Assembly: GCA_052034235.1 (NCBI GenBank)
Contig: JBPOIT010000012.1
Location: 34,161-98,160 of the forward strand
Origin: Candidatus Levyibacteriota bacterium
GTDB lineage: Bacteria > Patescibacteriota > Microgenomatia > Levybacterales > UBA12049
DNA: 64,000 nt
Direction: 5' to 3'
The notes under the pieces are model-generated. The model searched no databases and had not been told where the DNA came from. It saw only the letters and a list, made by a program, of their open reading frames with translations. The translations under genes and the position numbers were made by a program. This document shows, piece by piece, positions 56,483 to 64,000 of the stretch (position 1 is the first letter of the stretch; each line of letters opens with the position of its first letter).

Positions 56483-57457
56483 ATGATTAGATCGCAGACA
56501 ATCCTTTCCGCACTGCCTCACGTACTTAAAACTATCGACCTACCAAACCTCGGAAAAAAATATCAGGGAAAAGTTCGTGATTTTTATTTATCTGGTGATA
56601 AACGGGTCACAATTACAACAGATAGACAATCTGCATTTGATCTCGTCCTTGGACACATTCCGTTTAAAGGAGCAGTACTTAATCAATTAGCTGCATTTTG
56701 GTTTGAAAAAACCAAACATATTGTTCCCAATCATGTCATCAGTGTCCCTGACCCAAATGTCCTTGTTTCCAAACAATGTAAAAACTTTCCAATAGAAATA
56801 GTCGTTCGGGGATACCTCACCGGGGTTGCCAATACATCAATTTGGTATTCATACGAAAAAGGTGAACGAACAATTTATGGTATGGAATTTCCGGATGGAA
56901 TGCATAAAAATCAAAAATTACCAATACCAATTATCACACCAACAACACATCCAGAAGCAGGCAGTGATAAACATGATGAACGGTTAACTCGGGATGAAAT
57001 TATCAATCAAAAAATTGTTGACCCAAAACTCTACGAGCGGGCTGAACAGGCGGCTTTGAAATTATTTGATTTCGGCAGTAAATGGTGTCTCAAACACGGA
57101 CTGATTCTTGTTGATACAAAATATGAATTTGGATTATATAACGGAGAACTAACACTTATTGATGAAATCCATACACCTGACAGTTCTCGCTTTTGGATTG
57201 CAGATACGTACGAGAAAAGAATCGCCAAAGGTTTGGAGCCAGAAAATTATGACAAGGAGTTTATTAGACTGTGGTACACAAAACGTGTAAATCCGTACAA
57301 AGATAAAATTCCCCCAATGACTGAAGATCTCATCGTACAAGTTGCTAAACGTTATATTGGCGCATATGAAAAACTCACTGAGAAAAAATTCAAACCGTTT
57401 CAGTATCCAATTGAAACCCGCATCAAACAAAACCTCAAAAAAGCTGCTATCATATAA
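56483..57457 (+). CDS. purC: SAICAR synthetase (long, eukaryote/yeast-like form)
   Basis: 324 aa carrying 'YQGKVRDFY', 'TTDRQSAFD' and 'ILVDTKYEFG'. Confidence 0.85.
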   Translation: MIRSQTILSALPHVLKTIDLPNLGKKYQGKVRDFYLSGDKRVTITTDRQSAFDLVLGHIPFKGAVLNQLAAFWFEKTKHIVPNHVISVPDPNVLVSKQCKNFPIEIVVRGYLTGVANTSIWYSYEKGERTIYGMEFPDGMHKNQKLPIPIITPTTHPEAGSDKHDERLTRDEIINQKIVDPKLYERAEQAALKLFDFGSKWCLKHGLILVDTKYEFGLYNGELTLIDEIHTPDSSRFWIADTYEKRIAKGLEPENYDKEFIRLWYTKRVNPYKDKIPPMTEDLIVQVAKRYIGAYEKLTEKKFKPFQYPIETRIKQNLKKAAII

Positions 57458-57462
57458 TTCTT

Positions 57463-58314
57463 ATGCTACTCCCCGCTTGGCTTCTTTTTGCGATTTTACA
57501 AGGTTTGACATCAAACGCATTTAATTTTTTCAGCAGGTATATCCTCAGAGGAAATGATGACGGGACTGCTTTTGCATGGCTTATGCAACTTATCCGTTTT
57601 ACCTTTTTTATTGTCTATGCAATACTTTTTGATTGGAGACTCGTTATCAGTTTTGAATCGATAGCAACCCTTCTCGTACTCGGCATTACCGAAACAATTG
57701 GCATATATTTCTATATGAAAATGCATACCCATAGCGAACTTTCAATCTCGACCATTCTCTCACGAACAAGAATGCTTTGGGTTCCGCTTTTTGCATTTTT
57801 GATAATTGGTGAGATTCTCAAACCAATTGAATATCTTGGCATTGCAATTCTTTTTATAGGAGTTTCAATAGTGAGTTCTCCGAAGAAAATGTTCGTTGAT
57901 AAAGGAGCACTCTATGCAAATGCATCATCTGTTGTTATAGCTCTTAATATTGTCATTTATAAGCTTTCAATGTCTTATGCTTCGGATCCAATAATACTTG
58001 CAGCTCTTGGTTTTCCGTCAATATTTATTCTTCCATTTTTTATGAGAAATGCGAGAAAAAGAATTGCTATAAATATCAAAGCAAGTCTGGGAATAAAACT
58101 TTTGGCAATCGGTTTTAATATTATTTCAATGTTCTTTTTTGCACTCGCCATGCAAACAGGAGAAGCAAGTAAAGTAAACGCCGTCTATCAGGGGATGCTT
58201 GTGTTCGCGGTCGTTGCAGGAATTGTATTTCTTAATGAACGAAAAGACATTCCGAAGAAAATTATCGGTACAGCGGTAACTGTTATAGGAGTTGTTTTGT
58301 TAAGCTTATATTAA
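57463..58314 (+). CDS. DMT-superfamily (EamA-like) 10-TM transporter, paralogue 1
   Basis: 283 aa and polytopic, about 40% identical to the adjacent gene ('NAFNFFSRYILRGNDDGTAFAWL' vs 'NAFNFFTRFVLKGDDDPIAYAWL'). Confidence 0.65.
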   Translation: MLLPAWLLFAILQGLTSNAFNFFSRYILRGNDDGTAFAWLMQLIRFTFFIVYAILFDWRLVISFESIATLLVLGITETIGIYFYMKMHTHSELSISTILSRTRMLWVPLFAFLIIGEILKPIEYLGIAILFIGVSIVSSPKKMFVDKGALYANASSVVIALNIVIYKLSMSYASDPIILAALGFPSIFILPFFMRNARKRIAINIKASLGIKLLAIGFNIISMFFFALAMQTGEASKVNAVYQGMLVFAVVAGIVFLNERKDIPKKIIGTAVTVIGVVLLSLY

Positions 58315-58316
58315 CT

Positions 58317-59168
58317 ATGTTTATCTTTACTTCTTGGTTCATTTTGGCGGCACTTGCAGGCTTTGCGTCAAACGCGTTTAACTTCTTTACACGTTTTGTT
58401 CTCAAGGGCGATGATGACCCAATAGCTTATGCTTGGCTATATGAAACAGTAAGATTTTTTGTTTTTGCAGTGCTCGCAATTTTTGATTATCGGCTTATTA
58501 TTACACCTCAATCAATTTTCTTTTTACTCGGTATTGGCGTTGCTGAATGGATTTCTATGTATTTTTACATGAAGATGCATTCATATACGCACTTGTCCAT
58601 TTCAACTATTGTTTCGAGGACACGGTTGATTTGGGTGGCAATTCTCGCAATTGTTATTGTTGGAGAAAGTCTCATAATGCATGAGTTTTTGGGAATTATT
58701 ATTATCTTTTTGGGACTCAGTATTGTTGTCTCACCAAAAAAACTTACCACAGATAAAGGATTAATTTATGCAAATCTTGCAGCATTTTTAATTGCCATTG
58801 ATATTATTTTTATCAAATTAGCTCTCCCCTATGCATCAAATTCAGTCATCAATGCTGCGATGTCACTTCCAGGTATGCTTTTGTTTCCTCTTTTTATGAA
58901 ACATCCTGTCAAACGAATTGCGCCCACATTAAAACGTAATTTTCGAATTAAAATGGTGGCAATTGGTTTTAATTGTCTAAGTGTGTTCCTGTTTGCACTT
59001 GCCATACGACTTGGAGACACAAGTAAAGTAACAGCAATTTATCAAAGCATGATGGTCGTATCAGTTATCACTGGTATCATTTTTCTTAACGAGCGAAAAG
59101 ACATTGGGAAAAAACTTATCGGCACTGTCGTCACACTTTTCGGTGTAGTACTCTTAACTGTACTCTAA
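58317..59168 (+). CDS. DMT-superfamily (EamA-like) transporter, paralogue 2 (tandem duplicate)
   Basis: See paralogue 1; it has the same length (283 aa) and a 2-nt intergenic gap. Confidence 0.65.
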   Translation: MFIFTSWFILAALAGFASNAFNFFTRFVLKGDDDPIAYAWLYETVRFFVFAVLAIFDYRLIITPQSIFFLLGIGVAEWISMYFYMKMHSYTHLSISTIVSRTRLIWVAILAIVIVGESLIMHEFLGIIIIFLGLSIVVSPKKLTTDKGLIYANLAAFLIAIDIIFIKLALPYASNSVINAAMSLPGMLLFPLFMKHPVKRIAPTLKRNFRIKMVAIGFNCLSVFLFALAIRLGDTSKVTAIYQSMMVVSVITGIIFLNERKDIGKKLIGTVVTLFGVVLLTVL

Positions 59169-59211
59169 TAGCTAAAAATGCTATAATATAAGCTAGTTTA
59201 GACACGCTGTT

Positions 59212-60321
59212 ATGGCTATTAAAAAAATCACCTATTCAGAAGTCGGAGACAATTACGACACAAAAGATCCTATTAAAATCCACGCACAAAAGGCTGCAGC
59301 ACTTACTGGTAAAAATCTGATGACACATGGTTTTGAAGAACTTTCTGATTCTCGCGGTGAATCAGCTTATGTCTGGAAACAGGGAAGTGTTTATATGGCA
59401 GCAGTTGCCGAACAATTGGGTACCAAAAATCTAGTCGCTGATGAAACACGAAAAATAACTGGTAAAACATATTACGATATTATTGCAAAAGACACCGTCG
59501 CAACGATCATCAATGATCTGACAACAGTTGGTGCACAACCGCTTGTAATTCACGCATACTGGGCAATCGAAAACAATGACTGGCTTGCTGATGAAGAACG
59601 TATGACTGATCTTATCAATGGATGGAAACAGGCATGTGATTTAGCAGGAGCATCATGGGGTGGCGGTGAAACACCTACGCTTAAAGGAATTATTACGCCA
59701 AATACCGTCGCGTTAGGCGGATCAGCAATTGGACTTATCTCAAAGAAAAAGCGCTATCTCCGCGATAAAAATATCAAAGACGGAGACCAGATTCTTTTTC
59801 TCAAAAGTAACGGTATTAATGCCAACGGTCTTTCTCTCTCAAGAGCTGTTGCAAAAAACCTCCCGAAGGGCTATGCTACCAAACTTTCAACTGGTGAAAT
59901 ATACGGCGAAGCGATTTTAACTCCCACCAACATTTACGCCAAACTTATCCAGGATCTTTTGGATAACGACATAGAACTTCATTATATTTCAAATATCACG
60001 GGACATGGCCTCCGAAAACTTATGCGTGCAAGACAAAATTTCACCTACGTGGTAGAAAAACTGTTTGATCCACAGGAATTATTCAACTTCATGCAAAAAC
60101 ATGCCAACCTCAGCGACTATGAGATGTATGACGAATTTAATATGGGACAAGATTATGCACTCATCTTACCTGAGAAAGATATTAAAAAAGCACAAGCAAT
60201 TGTAAAAAAACACAAATTTGAAAGCCTCCACGCAGGACATGTCGAAAAAGGCCCACGACAAGTCATCCTCAAATCGAAAAACATATCCTTCGAAGGAGAA
60301 CGCCTCCAAGTCCGCATTTAA
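59212..60321 (+). CDS. purM: AIR synthase-family protein, most likely phosphoribosylformylglycinamidine cyclo-ligase PurM (divergent)
   Basis: PurM-like blocks 'KDTVATIINDLTTVGAQPL' (cf. IGIDLVAMCVNDL..GAEPL), 'GGGETPTLKG' (GGETAEMPG), 'SNGINANGLSLSR' and 'NITGHG'. It is the only step-5 candidate in the pur cluster. Confidence 0.6.
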   Translation: MAIKKITYSEVGDNYDTKDPIKIHAQKAAALTGKNLMTHGFEELSDSRGESAYVWKQGSVYMAAVAEQLGTKNLVADETRKITGKTYYDIIAKDTVATIINDLTTVGAQPLVIHAYWAIENNDWLADEERMTDLINGWKQACDLAGASWGGGETPTLKGIITPNTVALGGSAIGLISKKKRYLRDKNIKDGDQILFLKSNGINANGLSLSRAVAKNLPKGYATKLSTGEIYGEAILTPTNIYAKLIQDLLDNDIELHYISNITGHGLRKLMRARQNFTYVVEKLFDPQELFNFMQKHANLSDYEMYDEFNMGQDYALILPEKDIKKAQAIVKKHKFESLHAGHVEKGPRQVILKSKNISFEGERLQVRI

Positions 60322-60528
60322 CCCTACCAATTATTGTATGAATTATGTAAGAAGATTTTATTTTCTTGTGTGATGTGGATCACAGTGGTGAGAAAATATT
60401 TTGAAAAGGTTGATAAATCAACGCAAAGTGCACACATTTTGATAACATTAAATCCATATTAAAAGAAATACATCATTGACAGAATTGTAAGAAGCCGGTA
60501 AGCTTAAATCAAGCGGAACAAGTACCAA

Positions 60529-62388
60529 TTGTACCGCTGTTATTCTTGTTTCTGCATTTATAAAAACATGGTGAAAATTGTCGGAATCGCACAAAAAGAT
60601 AAAGAATTTTTCCTCTATTTCTCTTATACAAAAGGGCCGCATAGTTATTTCAAAGGAATTCCAAGCCGTGACGGATTTAAATTTGACGGACCAGCCAAAT
60701 ATATCATCGTCACTGATGAAAAAAAACGCGAAGAAAAGAAACACGAATGGAAAAACCTGCGCGTAGCGAAAGACAAAGAATCCTTCTTTATTACCTATAG
60801 ACCAGATGGAAAAACATTACCTTTAAATACTGCTAGCTCAGGAGATTTGATCAGGTGGAAAAAGAAAGGCAAAATAGATGACGTAAAAGAAGTTGGAGCA
60901 CTTGTACCTGATTTTAAATTTAAAAACAAACATGTCTTGTATTTTGGAGAGAAAGTTATTAAAGCGGCATTCTCAGGAGATCTGAATACATGGAAAGTAC
61001 AAGATGAACCCATACTAACACCACGTAGTGACTTTTTTGATGATGGAGATTTGGAAGTTGGTAATGCATTTGAAGTCCATGGACATATCATGCTTGTCTA
61101 TTACGTCAAGAAAAAAGTAAAGGGTAAGCCACGTTTCCAAGTTGGTGTTTGTTTCCTTGATAAAAAAGATCCCACTAAAGTTACATGGCGTGCACATAAG
61201 CCGCTTTGGGAACAACCAGAAGAATTTCATAACGACAACCTCAAGCCACTGGGTGTAGCAGCAACAGACAATGAAGTCATTCTCTATTGGATAGTCGGTG
61301 AACATAATGTCTATGCTGTTTCATGTCCGTTGCCAGGACACCATGTGGATTTAAAAGATAAATTCCATGAGACGATTATCAAAAAGTTTGGACACAACCC
61401 AATTCTTACACCAAACACGGATAACAAATGGGAATCTCGGGCGACATTTAACAGTGCAGCGGTATATGAAGACGGCCGTGTTCATTTCTTATACAGAGCA
61501 CTTGGCGATACTGATTTGTCTGTTTTGGGTTACGCGACAAGTAAAGACGGCTTCACAATTGATGAACGATCAGACGAACCATGTTATTTCCCGCGCGAGC
61601 CATTTGAAACGCCTGGTGGACACAGGTTTGGAAAATTTGCAGATCACTTTGCATCCGGAGGCGGTTATGGCGGCATTGAAGACCCACGTATTACAAGAGT
61701 CGGTGATGAGATGGTTTTGACCTATGTCGCGTTTGATGGAGCAAATCCTCCACGCGCTGCTATGAGTACAATAAAGGTTGATGATTTCCTCAAACGAAAA
61801 TGGGATCAATGGACACAAGCCAAGCTCATCTCAGCACCTGGCATGGTAAACAAAAGTGCTGTTGCCTTCCCTGAGAAGATAAACGGTAAATATGTGATGC
61901 TTCATAGAGTGTATCCAAATATTCTGATCGACTATCTTGATGATCTGAAATTCGATAAATATCTCCAAGGTCATCATTTTATCCCACCAAGAAAGAGATT
62001 CTGGGATAGTAAAAAAGTAGGAGCAGGCGCTCCTCCAATGCGTACTAAAGACGGATGGCTGTTGATTTATCAATCAGTTGGTTATCAGGATCCAGGCAGA
62101 TACAAGATTGGTGCAATGATGCTTGATATCAATAATCCAAGCAAAGTGCTCTACCGCTCAAGAAAACCAATTATTGCGCCAGACGAACCATACGAAAATA
62201 ATGGCTTTAAAGCTGGCGTTGTTTATCCATGTGGCGCCGTTATCAAAGATGAGAATTTATTTGTTTATTATGGCGGTGCTGATTCATTCCTTTGCGGCGC
62301 ATCACAAAATCTTGATAAATTCCTCTATCAGCTCAAAAATGATCAAGAGCCTACCATGAAACGAGTTTTTGTACCCTCTTTGAACTAA
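60529..62388 (+). CDS. GH130-like (DUF377) beta-propeller glycoside hydrolase/phosphorylase-family protein with an extra N-terminal domain
   Basis: The C-terminal half has 'HNPILTPN', 'FNSAAVYEDGRVHFLYRALG', 'GGIEDPRITRVGDEMVLTYVAFDG' and 'GWLLIYQSVG'. The start may be the Met at 60571. Confidence 0.65.
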   Translation: MYRCYSCFCIYKNMVKIVGIAQKDKEFFLYFSYTKGPHSYFKGIPSRDGFKFDGPAKYIIVTDEKKREEKKHEWKNLRVAKDKESFFITYRPDGKTLPLNTASSGDLIRWKKKGKIDDVKEVGALVPDFKFKNKHVLYFGEKVIKAAFSGDLNTWKVQDEPILTPRSDFFDDGDLEVGNAFEVHGHIMLVYYVKKKVKGKPRFQVGVCFLDKKDPTKVTWRAHKPLWEQPEEFHNDNLKPLGVAATDNEVILYWIVGEHNVYAVSCPLPGHHVDLKDKFHETIIKKFGHNPILTPNTDNKWESRATFNSAAVYEDGRVHFLYRALGDTDLSVLGYATSKDGFTIDERSDEPCYFPREPFETPGGHRFGKFADHFASGGGYGGIEDPRITRVGDEMVLTYVAFDGANPPRAAMSTIKVDDFLKRKWDQWTQAKLISAPGMVNKSAVAFPEKINGKYVMLHRVYPNILIDYLDDLKFDKYLQGHHFIPPRKRFWDSKKVGAGAPPMRTKDGWLLIYQSVGYQDPGRYKIGAMMLDINNPSKVLYRSRKPIIAPDEPYENNGFKAGVVYPCGAVIKDENLFVYYGGADSFLCGASQNLDKFLYQLKNDQEPTMKRVFVPSLN

Positions 62389-62455
62389 GATTGTAGAAAC
62401 TAGAATAGGCTTGTGGTACTTGTGATTTTCAATAGACACGTGATACCATTAATAT

Positions 62456-64000
62456 ATGGTTAAGCTTCAGCGCCATCCTAATAATCCAATACTTTCTCCT
62501 CTTCCTGATTTAGCCTGGGAACATGACGGTGCCTTTAATGGAAGTGTTGTCGAACATGACGGTGTATTTCACATGGTTTATAGAGCTCTCTCTTCCACAA
62601 AAAAACAAGCAGGTATTGATATGCGTGTTTCAACAGTTGGCTATGCAGAAAGCAGCGATGGCGTTCAATTTGGTACACACAAACAACTCATAGTGCCCAC
62701 TGAAGACTGGGAACTTTTTGGGGTTGAAGATCCACGTATAACGTATTTTGAAGGTTCGTATTATATATTTTATACAGCATTATCGGTCTATCCTTTTAGC
62801 GCCTACGGGATTAAAACCGCAGTCGCCAAAACAACAGATTTCAAAACATTTGAAAAACACCCAGTTTCAACCTTTAACGCAAAAGCAATGGCACTTTTTC
62901 CTGAAAGAATAAACGGTAAAATTGCCGCTCTCATAACGATTAATACTGATATGCCGCCAGCAAAAATTTGCTTGGCACTTTTTGACCATGAAGAAGATAT
63001 ATGGTCACATCATTATTGGGAAGACTGGTATGAAAATGCCAACGAACACACATTGCATTTATTGAGAGATATGACTGATCAGATAGAACTAGGTTCTACT
63101 CCTGTCAAAACCAAAGACGGATGGCTGGTTATCTATTCCTATATAGGAAACTATATGTCAAACAACAAACACTTTGGCATTGAAGCAGTACTACTTGATT
63201 TGGATGATCCTCGAAAAATAATTGGTAGAACTGAATACTCACTCATTTCACCTGAGAAAGATTATGAACTTTATGGTGATGTACCGAACGTTATTTTTCC
63301 ATCAGGAGCTCTTATTAATGGCAATCAATTGCATGTCTATTATGGTGCAGCAGATACACGAGTAGGACTCGCAACATGTAACATAAATGAACTGCTGAAC
63401 GAACTGACTGTGAACAAACCTGTCGTTAAACCAAATATTGCGTCCCCTCATAAATTCACACGTTTTCCAGGAAATCCGATCCTAGAGCCAATACTTGAGC
63501 TGCCGTGGCAAGCACAAGCAGTTTTCAATCCTGCAACAATTTACGAGGATGGAAAAATACATATTCTTTACCGAGCTCAATCAATGGATGGAACATCAGT
63601 CATGGGGTATGCAGTAAGTAAAGACGGCTTACATATAGACGAAAATCTTGATTACCCTATTTATACTCCAAGAGAACCCTTTGAACAAAAATTACATCAG
63701 ATTGGAAATTCTGGATGTGAAGATCCCAGAATTACAAAAATCGGTGATAGAATTTATATGACCTACACCGCTTACGATGGCAAAACACCACCGAGAGTGG
63801 CTCTGACATCGATTGCTATCACAGACTTTTTAAACAGAGACTGGCATTGGGATCGACCGAAATTGATATCGCCAGCTGGCGTTGATGATAAAGATGCCTG
63901 TATCGTACAAGGTAAAAAAGAAGGCACATATCTCGCATTCCATAGACTCAGTGATGCAATTTGGCTACAGGTAAGTAATACGCTTGATTTTTCTGAACAA
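62456..64000 (+). CDS. Tandem multi-domain GH130-like (DUF377) protein, 3' end outside the window
   Basis: The frame is open from ATG 62456 to the window edge (>514 aa). It has two full GH130-like units ('HPNNPILSP...GVEDPRITYFEGSYYIFYTA' and 'FPGNPILEP...GCEDPRITKIGDRIYMTYTAYDG'). It is not in the supplied ORF track. Confidence 0.65.
   Translation, partial: MVKLQRHPNNPILSPLPDLAWEHDGAFNGSVVEHDGVFHMVYRALSSTKKQAGIDMRVSTVGYAESSDGVQFGTHKQLIVPTEDWELFGVEDPRITYFEGSYYIFYTALSVYPFSAYGIKTAVAKTTDFKTFEKHPVSTFNAKAMALFPERINGKIAALITINTDMPPAKICLALFDHEEDIWSHHYWEDWYENANEHTLHLLRDMTDQIELGSTPVKTKDGWLVIYSYIGNYMSNNKHFGIEAVLLDLDDPRKIIGRTEYSLISPEKDYELYGDVPNVIFPSGALINGNQLHVYYGAADTRVGLATCNINELLNELTVNKPVVKPNIASPHKFTRFPGNPILEPILELPWQAQAVFNPATIYEDGKIHILYRAQSMDGTSVMGYAVSKDGLHIDENLDYPIYTPREPFEQKLHQIGNSGCEDPRITKIGDRIYMTYTAYDGKTPPRVALTSIAITDFLNRDWHWDRPKLISPAGVDDKDACIVQGKKEGTYLAFHRLSDAIWLQVSNTLDFSEQ

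Noticed and set aside
60322-60528. Possible tRNA/riboswitch/terminator in the 207-bp gap after the purM-like gene
   Set aside because: There is no cloverleaf-compatible segment (no GTTC-like T-arm) and only a weak 5-bp hairpin (gtgat-gtgg-atcac). A near-direct repeat 'gaatt(at)gtaagaag' occurs twice, but the evidence is insufficient to call a feature.
60448-60744. 98-aa minus-strand ORF
   Set aside because: It overlaps the N-terminus of the GH130-like gene in antisense and its translation is low-complexity. The plus-strand gene is much better supported.
1-64000. CRISPR arrays, rRNA/tRNA genes, transposases/integrases
   Set aside because: I scanned intergenic gaps and found no regularly spaced direct repeats, no rRNA-like conserved blocks and no tRNA-like structures. 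No ORF shows DDE/tyrosine-recombinase motifs.

Overview
This 64 kb window has low GC and tightly packed genes, with many ATGA/TAATG start-stop overlaps, and is almost entirely protein-coding. I found no rRNA, tRNA, CRISPR array or mobile element.

Five blocks stand out. (1) 223-13039 is housekeeping: recJ, cca, mscL, a yqeY-family gene, a 7-gene minus-strand operon around secDF, DUF3048 and DUF4446 proteins, a small DUF5679 zinc-ribbon gene with a clear SD and terminator, and hpt. (2) 13036-31851 is a large minus-strand cell-surface glycosylation locus. It holds a GT39/PMT-like and a TMTC-like (DUF1736+TPR) GT-C membrane transferase flanking a 913-aa secreted ELWxxDGT-repeat protein with a Pro/Thr linker. 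It also holds a Dpm1-like GT2 fused to GtrA, three more GT2s, and nucleotide-sugar genes for dTDP-rhamnose (rmlA/B/D plus a cupin), GDP-6-deoxyhexose (gmd plus an Rmd-like gene) and UDP-GlcA/UDP-Xyl (ugd, uxs), plus a NUDIX hydrolase. (3) 31858-42496 carries a CAP-domain protein, the t6A genes tsaB (truncated)-tsaC-tsaE, a lamin-tail-domain protein, an M23 peptidase, ftsEX, prfB, and a translationally coupled yhhQ-family transporter/RibD_C reductase/CofE-like ligase operon. (4) 42563-60321 encodes a complete de novo IMP pathway in one plus-strand cluster. Unusual features are a PurF-PurN fusion, a PurS-PurS-PurL fusion, PurH flanked by two paralogues of the archaeal-type formate-dependent PurP, a tandem DMT transporter pair and a divergent PurM. 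(5) 60529-64000 holds tandem multi-domain GH130-like (DUF377) beta-propeller genes, the last running off the window.

The candidates I rate most worth follow-up are the transporter-reductase-glutamyl-ligase operon (possible pterin/folate-type salvage feeding the folate-dependent Pur enzymes), the O-glycosylation-like locus with its probable substrate encoded inside it, and the hybrid folate/formate purine cluster. All functional calls rest on motif-level recognition from the translated ORFs, with no database search run.
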